DNA from: Elusimicrobiota bacterium | GTDB taxonomy: Bacteria; Elusimicrobiota; Elusimicrobia; Elusimicrobiales; UBA9959 | NCBI GenBank assembly: GCA_027340875.1 | Contig: DAIENX010000102.1 | Span: 1 to 54,712 of the forward strand | Direction: 5' to 3' | Length of the DNA: 54,712 bases | Shown: positions 1-8,845 of the stretch, piece after piece | Layout: each line of letters begins with the position of its first letter | How positions within the stretch are numbered: position 1 is the stretch's first letter | Translations under genes and position numbers: made by a program | Notes under the pieces: generated by a model | The model's database searches: none | Seen by the model: only the letters and a program-made list of their open reading frames with translations | What the model was told of the DNA's origin: nothing

Positions 1-1323
1 CGCATAGGCCGCAACGAGAACTCCTTCTACAAGACCAACGACCCGGTGGCCATGCTGCGCATAGCCAACGACCTGGTCAGCGAGCCGCACCCGGCCGTCT
101 TCTCCCTGTGCGATTTCGACCGCTACCTGACGGACCCAGCCCCGGCCCGCTTCTTCAAGGACATTTTGGAGCGCATAAAGGGCTCCCCGACCACAGTGGT
201 GCTGCTCTCTTCCGAGGCCAGGCTGCCCCCGGACATAGCGCCGCTGGCCGCGCGCATCCAGGGCGGCTATCCCGACGAGAAGGAGATCCTGCGGGAGGTC
301 AACCGGGCGGTGGCCGAGTTCCGAAGCTCCTCCGCTTCCCTTCAGATCGACGTGCCTCCGGACGTCCTCAAGCGCATGGTCAAGGCCCTGAAGGGTCTGT
401 CGCTGCAGCAGGTGCGCAACGCGCTGAACATCTGCATGCTGAAGGATTACCGCCTGGACAAGGACGACATCCAGGAGATCGAGAGGTTCAAGAAGGACGC
501 CTTCGACAGGGACGGCGTGCTGGAGTACTTCGGCTCCGAGCACAAGGCCGACATCGCAGGCTTCGAAAACCTCAAGCGCTGGGTCTCCGACAGGCGTAAC
601 GCGTTCTTTTCCGACGGTCCGCTGCCGCCGCCCAAGGGCCTGCTGCTGCTGGGCGTGCAGGGCTGCGGCAAGTCCCTGGCCGCCAAGGTGATAGCCGGCG
701 AGCTGGGCATCCCGCTGTACCGGCTGGACCTCACCCGCCTCTACTCCAAGTATATCGGCGAGACCGAGGAGAACCTGCGCAAGGCGCTGGCCACCGTGGA
801 GCGCCTGGCCCCGGTCTGCCTGTGGATAGACGAGATAGAGAAGATCTTCGCCGCCTCCTCCGGCGACATCGACGGCGGCGTTTCCAAGCGCGTGCTCGGC
901 ACCATGCTGACCTGGATGCAGGAGCGCAAGGACCGCTCTTTCATCGCCGCCACCTCCAACGACATCAACAACCTGCCGCCCGAGCTGCTGCGCAAGGGCC
1001 GCTTCGACGAGATCTTCTTCGCGGACCTGCCGGACCCGGCCGCGCGCGGGGAGATACTCGCCATACACCTGCGCAAGCGCGGGCTGAAGCCGGAGGATTT
1101 CGACGTGCCCGCGCTGGCCGCGGCCTGCGGGGGCTTCAGCGGCGCCGAAATAGAGCAGGCGGTCATAGCCGCGCTCTACAGCGCCTCCGGCGCCGGCGAG
1201 AAGATCTCCTCCTCACACGTGATGGAGCAGATAAAGCTGACCAGGCCGCTCTCCGTCATCAAGGCGGAGGCCGTGGATTTCCTTCGCAACTGGGCCAAAG
1301 AGCGGGATATACTCCCCGTCTGA
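1..1323 (+). CDS. AAA+ ATPase, Ycf46-like (5' end probably outside the window)
   Basis: Walker A GVQGCGKS, Walker B LWIDEIEK, LLRKGRFDEIFF second region of homology; frame is open from base 1. Confidence 0.85.
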   Translation, partial: RIGRNENSFYKTNDPVAMLRIANDLVSEPHPAVFSLCDFDRYLTDPAPARFFKDILERIKGSPTTVVLLSSEARLPPDIAPLAARIQGGYPDEKEILREVNRAVAEFRSSSASLQIDVPPDVLKRMVKALKGLSLQQVRNALNICMLKDYRLDKDDIQEIERFKKDAFDRDGVLEYFGSEHKADIAGFENLKRWVSDRRNAFFSDGPLPPPKGLLLLGVQGCGKSLAAKVIAGELGIPLYRLDLTRLYSKYIGETEENLRKALATVERLAPVCLWIDEIEKIFAASSGDIDGGVSKRVLGTMLTWMQERKDRSFIAATSNDINNLPPELLRKGRFDEIFFADLPDPAARGEILAIHLRKRGLKPEDFDVPALAAACGGFSGAEIEQAVIAALYSASGAGEKISSSHVMEQIKLTRPLSVIKAEAVDFLRNWAKERDILPV

Positions 1324-1374
1324 CAATCCGCAGAAGCGGCCCGTCCGGCGGCCCTGCTGGCGTCATCGACCCTC

Positions 1375-1671
1375 TCAACCGGCGCCTGAGCCCGCTTCCC
1401 TCAGCTTGCTCACCCACAGGGCGAGTTCCGCCAGGTCCAGCTCGCCTATTTCCGGGAACCCGCCTGCCGCGGCCAGCACCTTCACCGTGGCTCCCTTGCC
1501 GCCGAACCCCAGCAGGGCTATGGCCCTGCCGCAGTAGCGCACCTCGTAGGCCGCGCCGCCCCCGCCGTAGAAGTCCGGCCAGCTAAGCGAGCGGTAGATG
1601 TAGGCGCGCAGCGCGCCCGCCCGCGTGGCCCTGTAAGAGTCTCCCGCCCATTCCTTGACCTTCCATCTCAT
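1375..1671 (-). CDS. Hypothetical protein, 98 aa
   Basis: ATG start after a purine-rich stretch, host-like codons, own promoter-like element at 1704-1736. Confidence 0.6.
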   Translation of the reverse strand: MRWKVKEWAGDSYRATRAGALRAYIYRSLSWPDFYGGGGAAYEVRYCGRAIALLGFGGKGATVKVLAAAGGFPEIGELDLAELALWVSKLREAGSGAG

Positions 1672-1703
1672 AATACCACCCCGTTCCCTGTCTTCCTGGA
1701 GAT

Positions 1704-1736
1704 AGCATAGCAGGTCAACCCGTCAAGGGCCTGTCG
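1704..1736 (-). promoter_or_regulatory. CGACA-N6-TGACG box + 11 nt + extended -10 (TGcTATGCT)
   Basis: Minus strand reads cgacaggcccttgacg-ggttgacctgc-tatgct, the same architecture as upstream of the ORF6N genes and addA. Confidence 0.6.
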
Positions 1737-1803
1737 GGTCCGCGACCGCGCGCTTTAACGGCGCTAATTTATATACAATTTCATTAATCCAAACGGAGGA
1801 CCG

Positions 1804-3498
1804 ATGCTGAGAACAATCCTGGCCCTGCTGCTTTCTTCGCTGCCCGCCATTGCCGGCGCCGCCCAGCCCGCCGACCCGGTAATGGACGCCCTTTCCAAGG
1901 AGCTGGACCGCTCCTTCAGCGGCCTTAAGAAGGCCGAGAAGGTGCCGCTCTATTATCTGGGCTACGAGCTGACGGTCTCCACCTACCACCAGATATCGGC
2001 CAAACTCGGTGCGCTGGAATACGACGGCGGCTCCGCCGGCGCCAAGCTGGACATAGACATGCGCGTCAATACGATGGAGCTGGACAATACCCACCAGGTG
2101 AAGGGCTCCTCCGCCTGGGGCAGCTACAGCCAGTCCCAGAACCTGCCCGTGGCGCTGGACGGCGACGAGGACGCGATACGCGCGCGCCTCTGGCAGTACA
2201 CCGACAAGGCCTACAAGGCCGCGCAGGAGAAATTCACGAAGGTCAAGATGAACAAGGCCGTCACGGCCGAGGAGGACGACCCGTCCCCCGACTTCTCCGC
2301 GGCCCCGCCCGAGAAGTTCTACGAGACGGTCACGCTCAAGCAGCCGGACCTGGCCGCCTGGCGCGACCGCCTGAAGAGGCTGTCGGCCAGGTTCGAGGGC
2401 TATCCGTTCATCTACGACTCCGGCGTCTGGCTCAGCTGGGAGAACCAGAACAGGTACCTGGTCAACAGCGACGGCACCCGCGTCAAGACCGGCAACAACT
2501 ACATAGTGCTGGGCTACTCGCTGATGAGCCGCACCACCGACGGCATGGACCTCACCCGCGGCGAGCGCTACGCCGGCTCGGACTTCTCCGACCTGCCTTC
2601 CGACGACAGGATCATCGCCGACATGGACCGCTCCATAAAGGAGCTGAAGGCGCTGCTCGCCGCGCCGGTGGTGGACCCGTACAGCGGCCCTGCCATACTG
2701 AACGCCCGCGCCGCCGCGGTCTACTTCCACGAGATCATAGGCCACAGGCTGGAGGGCCACAGGCAGAAGCAGGAGGACTCCGGCCAGACCTTCGCCAAGA
2801 AGGTGGGCCAGAAGGTGACCTCCGACATCATCACCCTCTACGACGACCCTGCCGTCAGGGACTTCCGCGGCATACCGCTGCGCGGCTACTACCGCTACGA
2901 CGACGAGGGCGTGAAGGCCCGGCGCGCCGGGTTGGTGGACCACGGCGTGCTGAAGGGCTTCCTGATGAGCCGTTCCCCTATACGGGGCTTCTCCGCCTCC
3001 AACGGCCACGGCCGGCGCGAGGCCGGCAACGAGGTGGTCTCGCGCATGGGCAACACCATCGTCGAGGCCTCCACCTCGGTGTCCTACGCGCAATTGCGCG
3101 GGATGCTGATAGAGGAATGCAAGAAGCAGGGCAAGCCTTTCGGCCTGGTGTTCGACGACATCTCCGGCGGCTTCACCAGGACCAGCCGCGGCAGCGGCCA
3201 GACCTTCAAGGTGCTGCCACTGCTGGTCTACAGGGTCTACACCGACGGCAGGCCCGACGAGGTGGTGCGCGGCGTGGACATAGTGGGCACGCCGCTGACC
3301 AGCTTCAGCAAGATAGAGGCCGCCGCCGATGACCCGGACGTGTTCAACGGCACCTGCGGCGCCGAGTCCGGCTGGGTGCCGGTCTCGGCCGTCTCGCCCA
3401 GCCTGCTGCTGGGAGAGATAGAGGTGGAGAAGTCGCAGAAGTCGCAGCAGAAGCAGCCGGTGCTGCCTCCGCCGACGCCGGAAAAGGGGGCGAAATGA
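1804..3498 (+). CDS. tldD: TldD-family metalloprotease with signal peptide
   Basis: HEIIGH zinc motif, YDDEG, SNGHGR...RMGN, C-terminal TCGAESG Cys; RBS ggagga; N-terminal hydrophobic signal. Confidence 0.85.
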   Translation: MLRTILALLLSSLPAIAGAAQPADPVMDALSKELDRSFSGLKKAEKVPLYYLGYELTVSTYHQISAKLGALEYDGGSAGAKLDIDMRVNTMELDNTHQVKGSSAWGSYSQSQNLPVALDGDEDAIRARLWQYTDKAYKAAQEKFTKVKMNKAVTAEEDDPSPDFSAAPPEKFYETVTLKQPDLAAWRDRLKRLSARFEGYPFIYDSGVWLSWENQNRYLVNSDGTRVKTGNNYIVLGYSLMSRTTDGMDLTRGERYAGSDFSDLPSDDRIIADMDRSIKELKALLAAPVVDPYSGPAILNARAAAVYFHEIIGHRLEGHRQKQEDSGQTFAKKVGQKVTSDIITLYDDPAVRDFRGIPLRGYYRYDDEGVKARRAGLVDHGVLKGFLMSRSPIRGFSASNGHGRREAGNEVVSRMGNTIVEASTSVSYAQLRGMLIEECKKQGKPFGLVFDDISGGFTRTSRGSGQTFKVLPLLVYRVYTDGRPDEVVRGVDIVGTPLTSFSKIEAAADDPDVFNGTCGAESGWVPVSAVSPSLLLGEIEVEKSQKSQQKQPVLPPPTPEKGAK

Positions 3499-5183
3499 GG
3501 AACAAGACCATGAGAACCGCGCCTATATACGCTCTCGCCCTTGCCTCCGTTCTCGCCGCCGGGGCCTCCGCCTCTCTCCCCGAGGGGGACAAGGTCTTCG
3601 CGGCCATGAAGGACGAGATGGCCCGCTCGATGGCCAGCCTGGACATGGACAACCTCGGCAAGCCGTACTTCATGTCCTACCGCATAGAGGACGGCCACAG
3701 CTTCTCGGTGTCCGCCAGCTTCGGCGGCCTGGAGCAGGAGTACTCCGGGGACTACCGCCGCCTGCAGGCGGACCTGCGCGTGGGCTCGCCCAAGTTCGAC
3801 AACAGCCATTTCGCCTCCACCGCCTGGGGGGAGTACCGCACCGAGTCCGACGGCGCGGTCTCGCTGGACGACAACTACGACGCGCTGCGCTTCGCGCTGT
3901 GGAGCGTGACCGACCGGGCCTACAAGAAGGCCCTCGAGACCCTCTCCAAGAAGAAGGCCTTCGTGGAGTCGCGCAACATCACCGAGCTCTACGACGACCA
4001 GAGCCCCGAGCCCGTGCACGAGCTCTACAGGCCGGCGCCGGTGGAGCGCCTGGACGAGGACCAGTGGAAGAAGGATATCGTGGAGATATCGAAGGTCTTC
4101 CTGAAGTACCCGGCCGTCCGCTATTCCGCCGTCAGCGTCGGCTTCAGCTCGGGCGGCGACCGCTTCCTGAACAGCGAGGGTTCCGCCTACCGGCAGCCCT
4201 CCTGCTCCGGCTCCGTCTCCATCAGCGTCTCCGGCTACGCGCCGGACGGCTTCAGGCTGAACGACTCCTACAGCGAGAGCTTCTGCCTGGCCAAGGACGC
4301 GCCTCCCCGGGAGCGGCTGCTGGCCAAGGCGCGCGAGCTGGGCGAGAACATGACGAAGATGGGCAAGTCGGTCACGCTGAAGGCCTACATAGGGCCGGTG
4401 CTGTTCGAGGGTGAGGCCGCCGGCGAGTTCTTCGAGAACCTGCTGGTCAACAACGTGGCCAACCCGCGCGAGGTCTGGACCGAGAAGAGCCGCTGGTACC
4501 AGGACGGCGTGCTGCGCCGCGCCGGCCAGCTGGTGGAGCGCCTCGGCATGCGCGTGACCTCTCCTTTCCTCAACGTCACGGACGATCCGCTGGCCCGTTA
4601 TTACGACGGCCGCCCGCTGGCCGGCTTCTACGAGATGGACGACGAGGGCGTGCCGGCCCGGAAGATAGAGCTCGTCACCAAGGGCAAGCTGACCGACTAT
4701 TACCGCTCGCGCGCCGCCACCCGCGACTTTTCCGGTTCCAACGGCCACGGCCGCGGCGGCCTGGACGAGTACCCGGAGGGCTCGCCGGCCAACGTGTTCA
4801 TCGTGCCGGAGAAGAACCCCGCCCGCGTGATGCCGCTGGCCGAGCTTAAGAAGAAGTTCATGGCCCTCTGCAGGGAGGAGGAGCTGGACTACTGCATCCG
4901 GGTGGACAGCCTGAACGGCCTGGGCGGCCCGTTCGCCGCGTGGAAGGTCTACGCGGACGGCCGCGAGGAGCCGGTGCACGGCATAGAGTTCACCGGCGTC
5001 ACGCTGCGCTCGCTGCGCGATATCGCCGCGGTCTCCACCGAGGAGGGCGTGTACGGCCTGAACTGGACCACCCCGGGCTCGCTGGTGGCTCCCTCCATAC
5101 TGGTGGTCGAGATGGAGATAAAGAAGAGCGAGCAGAAGCCCGAAAAGCTCCCCTACCTGCCGAACCCTTACTTCGCCAGGTGA
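3495..5183 (+). CDS. TldE/PmbA-like partner subunit with signal peptide
   Basis: Paralogous to the upstream TldD (MDDEGV, SNGHGR) but lacks HExxxH; ATGA overlap. Confidence 0.8.
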   Translation: MRNKTMRTAPIYALALASVLAAGASASLPEGDKVFAAMKDEMARSMASLDMDNLGKPYFMSYRIEDGHSFSVSASFGGLEQEYSGDYRRLQADLRVGSPKFDNSHFASTAWGEYRTESDGAVSLDDNYDALRFALWSVTDRAYKKALETLSKKKAFVESRNITELYDDQSPEPVHELYRPAPVERLDEDQWKKDIVEISKVFLKYPAVRYSAVSVGFSSGGDRFLNSEGSAYRQPSCSGSVSISVSGYAPDGFRLNDSYSESFCLAKDAPPRERLLAKARELGENMTKMGKSVTLKAYIGPVLFEGEAAGEFFENLLVNNVANPREVWTEKSRWYQDGVLRRAGQLVERLGMRVTSPFLNVTDDPLARYYDGRPLAGFYEMDDEGVPARKIELVTKGKLTDYYRSRAATRDFSGSNGHGRGGLDEYPEGSPANVFIVPEKNPARVMPLAELKKKFMALCREEELDYCIRVDSLNGLGGPFAAWKVYADGREEPVHGIEFTGVTLRSLRDIAAVSTEEGVYGLNWTTPGSLVAPSILVVEMEIKKSEQKPEKLPYLPNPYFAR

Positions 5184-5187
5184 CCGG

Positions 5188-6003
5188 ATGAAGCCCCTCT
5201 CCCTCAAGTTCGCCGCCGCGCTCGTGCTGGGCGCGGCGCTGGCCTCGGCGGCGGGGAGAGGGGACTACGTCTTCTACTACACCCCCGAATACCTTCGCTT
5301 CAGGAAGAGGATAGTGGACGAGTTCAAGAAGACGCCGGCCGGCCGTTTCAGCGAGTTCGCGCACCGCTCCCGGGCCGACAAGGGCGCCGAGCATAAGGTG
5401 ATAGCGCTGACCTTCGACGCCTGCACCGGCAAGCCCGGCGGCTACAACAAGGAGCTGATAGACTACCTGCGCGAGGAGAGGATCCCCGCCACGCTGTTCG
5501 TAACCGGCGTCTGGATAGACCGCAACAAGGAGACCTTCGCGGAGCTCTCGAAGGACCCGCTGTTCGAGATAGAGAACCACGGCCTGCTGCACCGGCTCTG
5601 CTCCACCAGCGGGCGCACGATGTACGGCGTGCGCTCCACCATGGACCTCTCCGGGGTGATAGACGAGATGGAGCTGAACGCCCGCAAGATACAGCAGCTC
5701 ACCGGGCGCAGGCCCGTCTTCTTCCGCTCCGCCACCGCCTACACCGACGACCTCTCGCGAAAGGTGGCCGAGCGCCTCGGCATGGAGGTGGTCAGCTACG
5801 ACGTGCTCTCCGGGGACGCGATGAAGGACGACGCCGCGAAGATCAGCCGCAATATACTCTCCGGCGCCCGCCACGGCGCCGTGGTCATCATGCACTTCAA
5901 CCACCCGGAGTGGCCGGAGGTCGCGGCGCTGAAACTGGCCGTGCCGGAGCTGCGCAAGCGCGGTTTCAACTTCGGCCGCCTCGACAGCTTCACGTTGCGC
6001 TGA
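5188..6003 (+). CDS. Polysaccharide deacetylase (NodB/CE4), exported
   Basis: ALTFDAC, IENHG..H, FFR, VIMH motifs; signal peptide. Confidence 0.85.
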   Translation: MKPLSLKFAAALVLGAALASAAGRGDYVFYYTPEYLRFRKRIVDEFKKTPAGRFSEFAHRSRADKGAEHKVIALTFDACTGKPGGYNKELIDYLREERIPATLFVTGVWIDRNKETFAELSKDPLFEIENHGLLHRLCSTSGRTMYGVRSTMDLSGVIDEMELNARKIQQLTGRRPVFFRSATAYTDDLSRKVAERLGMEVVSYDVLSGDAMKDDAAKISRNILSGARHGAVVIMHFNHPEWPEVAALKLAVPELRKRGFNFGRLDSFTLR

Positions 6004-6075
6004 CGCCGGGCGAAGGCCGGTTTTAATGTTCCAGAATATTATGGCCTGTCACGGATAAGCCGCATAGCGGCTTTC

Positions 6076-6122
6076 CTGGCCTATGGCCGTGCCGCATCGG
6101 AAGCTATGCTTATCAAGCGGCC
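6076..6122. repeat. 47-bp dispersed repeat, copy 1 (copy 2 at 22318-22364)
   Basis: ctggcctatggccgtgccgcatc...gctatgc..atcaagcggcc; 42/47 identical by manual alignment. Confidence 0.8.
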
Positions 6123-6258
6123 GCGGCCCCGGCGGGGAACTGTCGCTGTGCGCTGTCACAGCGCACAGCTCCATCCGGCGTTTTCGCTTGCGATGAAAAC
6201 GCCTTGCGGCCAGTTATGAGGCATAAATATGCCTCATAAAAAAATCTGGCCTCACCCC

Positions 6259-6287
6259 TTGACAAGTCAACTTTCGTCTGTTATATT
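6259..6287 (+). promoter_or_regulatory. Near-consensus sigma70 promoter
   Basis: TTGACA-17-TATATT with TG extension; -35 lies within the palindrome ttgacaagtcaa; perfect 12-bp-arm palindrome upstream at 6214-6239. Confidence 0.75.
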
Positions 6288-6293
6288 ACTTAT

Positions 6294-6664
6294 GTAGTCT
6301 TGCTCTCTTAATGGTGCGCCGGCGGTCTCAGTAGCGGTTTCGGTCGCGGTGTCGGGGTTCGGCCCCGCCCGGCGCGTGTCTCCCCCAGGTTCGCGGCCCG
6401 CTCTCGCGCGGCGTCTTGCGGCGCCCGCTTCGGTCCGGCGGTGCGGCGTTCCGGGGAGTGTCTTGGCCCGTCTCCCGCCGTTGCGGCGGCGCGCGGCCGG
6501 GTTCCTGGTGAGGCGGCCCGCCCGGCGCGGCGGCGTCCCTACCCCTGGGTCGGTGACCGGCTGTCCGGTTGCCCGTGTGCGGTGTGCGTTGCGGTCGCGG
6601 TAAAAACTAGAGTACGGCTTCGGCCGATAGAGAAGAGCCCCCTTAGCTGGGGGCTCTCTTTTTT
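6294..6664 (+). ncRNA. Candidate structured, adenine-depleted non-coding RNA (unknown family)
   Basis: Lies between a strong promoter and a plus-strand intrinsic terminator; only 5 A in 6334-6601; multiple hairpins with G-U pairs and UUCG-type loops. Confidence 0.5.
6634..6664 (+). terminator. Intrinsic terminator (may also serve the convergent ehr operon)
   Basis: agagccccc-ttagct-gggggctct followed by ctttttt. Confidence 0.8.
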
Positions 6665-6668
6665 GCGC

Positions 6669-7397
6669 TTATTCTATCCTTCCCAGCAGCCTCAGCAGGC
6701 CGTCCAGGATGGTCAGCGGGTGAGGAGGGCAGCCGGGTATGTAAAGGGATACCGGTATGTCCGCGGGCAGGCCGGCGCATTCCTGGTGGCCCGCGTAGGG
6801 CCCGCCGCCTATCGCGCAGGCCCCGCAGGCTATGGCCACCCTGGGCGAGGGCATGGCGTCCCAGGTCTTTCGCAGGGCTAGCTCCATGTTCTTCGTCACC
6901 GGGCCGGTGACCAGCAGGCCGTCGGCGTGGCGGGGGGAGGCGACGAACTGTATGCCGAACCTGCCCATGTCCCAGCCCACCGTGCCCAGCACATTGCAGT
7001 CGGCCTCGCAGGCGTTGCAGCCGCCGGCGCTGACCTGCCGCAGCTTGAACGAGCGGCCGAAAAGCCGCCTCAGCTCGGCGCCGAGGGCTTCTGCCCGGGC
7101 GTGGTCGCCGGAATTCACTTCCAGGCCGGCCCGCGAGGAGGCGCAGAGCCGGTAGTCGCGGGAGAACTCCACCGCGGCGGGGTCGGCCTTCGCGCAGGCG
7201 CCGCAGAAGACGCAGCGGCCCAGGTCCAGCCCGGCCCCGCCTATGGCCCCGTAGGGGCAGGCGGCCGCGGCCTTCTCCAGGCGCGCGGACCTCACCTTCG
7301 GCAGGCCGAGGGCCCGGTGCGGCAGCTGCAGGCCTTCCGCGGGGAACTTCATCGTGCGGTGCCCCTGCTTCAGGCGCTCGAACAGGGCTTTTATCAC
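6669..7397 (-). CDS. Ehr/Hyf small subunit (NuoB/HycG-like) fused to an N-terminal 4Fe-4S domain
   Basis: GTG start overlapping the upstream stop (GTGA); CPYGAI, CVFCGAC, GGCNACE, SPRHAD, GCPP. Confidence 0.85.
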   Translation of the reverse strand: MIKALFERLKQGHRTMKFPAEGLQLPHRALGLPKVRSARLEKAAAACPYGAIGGAGLDLGRCVFCGACAKADPAAVEFSRDYRLCASSRAGLEVNSGDHARAEALGAELRRLFGRSFKLRQVSAGGCNACEADCNVLGTVGWDMGRFGIQFVASPRHADGLLVTGPVTKNMELALRKTWDAMPSPRVAIACGACAIGGGPYAGHQECAGLPADIPVSLYIPGCPPHPLTILDGLLRLLGRIE

Positions 7398-8845
7398 AGG
7401 TCCCTCCCGCAGTAGGAAAGGTTGAAGCTCTTGTTGCAGAGCGGGAAATCGGAGATCTCGCCGCCGCGCAGCGCCAGCGCGAGCCCCATCCAGTTGTGGA
7501 AGGACGGGTCCGTCACCTTGTAGCTGCGGAAGCGGCCGTCGGCCCCGGTCAGGGCGAAGTGGCAGATCTGGCCGCGCCAGCCCTCCACCAGCGCCACCGC
7601 CGCCGCGCCGGGCTTCAGCGGGCCGCAGCCGGCCTTCAGCGGCCCGCCCGGCAGCGCGTCCAGCCAGCCGGCTATCAGCTCGGCCGACTTCTGCATCTCG
7701 CGCCAGCGCACCCGCGCGCGCGAGTGCACGTCCCCTGTGCCAGAAAGCGACATATTGAAACCCTCGTAAGGCCCGGCCGGGAAGTTGCGGCGGGAATCCA
7801 GCGCCACCCCGGAGGCCCGCGCCGCCGGGCCCACCAGCCCCACGCCCTCGGCCGCGGCCTTCGGCACCGTGCCGGTGCCGTCGAAGCGGTCGGCCACCGA
7901 GGCCGTGCTCCAGAGCAGCGACACCGCCCCGTCGGCGTCGCGCATCGCGGCGGCCAGCCGCAGCTTCAGTTCCTTTATCAGCGCCGGGTCCAGGTCGAAC
8001 TCCACCCCTCCTGGCCTGAACATCCCGCGGGCAAAACGATTGCCGCAGATGAGCGCAGTCATGTTCAGGAGATCGCCCCTGATGCGCCCGCAGAAGGAAG
8101 CGGTAGGCAGGTAGGCCACGTCCCCGGCCAGCGCGCCGAGGTCGCCGGTATGGTTGGCCAGCCGCTCGAGCTCCAGCATCACCGCGCGCAGCGTCTGCGC
8201 CCGGGGAGGGACGGCCGCCCCGCAGAGGGCCTCCACCGCGGCGCAATAGGCCCAGGCGTGGCCCGCCGTGGTGTCCCCGGCCAGCGTCTCGGCGTAGTGT
8301 ACGGAGCGCGCGTCCGGGCCCGCGGCCAGCGCCCGCTCCACGCCGCGGTGCTGGTAGCCCAGCATGATCTCCAGGTGGAAGACGCGCTCGCCGTGGCACT
8401 GGAAGCGGAAATGGCCCGGCTCTATCACGCCGGCGTGCACCGGCCCCACCGCCACCTCGTGCACCTGGCTGCCGTGTACGGTAAAATAGTCCGCCACGCC
8501 GGGCTCGGCGCCGGGAGAGTCGAAACGCACCGGCTTCAGCCACGGGTGCCCCTCCGGCTTCAGGCCCGACTGTTCGTATATCTCGCGCTCGAACAGGTGC
8601 AGTTGCGGGAAGGAGGAGGTCAGGGCCGGGAACGGACCGGAGACCAGCGTGGAGTATGCCTCCAGCCTGCTTTCCCGGTCGAAGGCCAGCGCCAGCACCA
8701 GCCGGTGCGCCGCGCCCTCCGGCACCGCGAAATAGGCCACGGCCCTGCCGCCGGCGCCCAGCCGGGCCGCCGCGGCCGCGAAGAACTCCGCCGGCTCCAG
8801 GTGCGAGCCGCGCGGATCGAAGGAGGAGAGGTGCTCTATGTTCAC
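7394..8845 (-). CDS. Ehr/Hyf large subunit (HycE/HyfG-like, NuoC+NuoD fold) lacking NiFe ligands
   Basis: GTG start VNIEHL; GPVHAGVIEPGHFRF, GYQHRGVE, ELERLANH, C-terminal DFPLCNKSFNLSY. Confidence 0.88.
   Translation of the reverse strand: MNIEHLSSFDPRGSHLEPAEFFAAAAARLGAGGRAVAYFAVPEGAAHRLVLALAFDRESRLEAYSTLVSGPFPALTSSFPQLHLFEREIYEQSGLKPEGHPWLKPVRFDSPGAEPGVADYFTVHGSQVHEVAVGPVHAGVIEPGHFRFQCHGERVFHLEIMLGYQHRGVERALAAGPDARSVHYAETLAGDTTAGHAWAYCAAVEALCGAAVPPRAQTLRAVMLELERLANHTGDLGALAGDVAYLPTASFCGRIRGDLLNMTALICGNRFARGMFRPGGVEFDLDPALIKELKLRLAAAMRDADGAVSLLWSTASVADRFDGTGTVPKAAAEGVGLVGPAARASGVALDSRRNFPAGPYEGFNMSLSGTGDVHSRARVRWREMQKSAELIAGWLDALPGGPLKAGCGPLKPGAAAVALVEGWRGQICHFALTGADGRFRSYKVTDPSFHNWMGLALALRGGEISDFPLCNKSFNLSYCGRDL

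Noticed and set aside
6349..6603. 84-aa Arg/Pro/Ala-rich ORF as a real gene
   Set aside because: No RBS; an A-free sequence cannot contain stop codons, so the open frame is expected by chance
6294..6664. tmRNA, RNase P RNA, SRP RNA or 6S RNA
   Set aside because: No tRNA-like ends, no GAGGAAAGUCC, no SRP core motif, and too few adenines
7394..8845. Functional group-4 [NiFe] hydrogenase
   Set aside because: Both CxxC metal-binding motifs are absent
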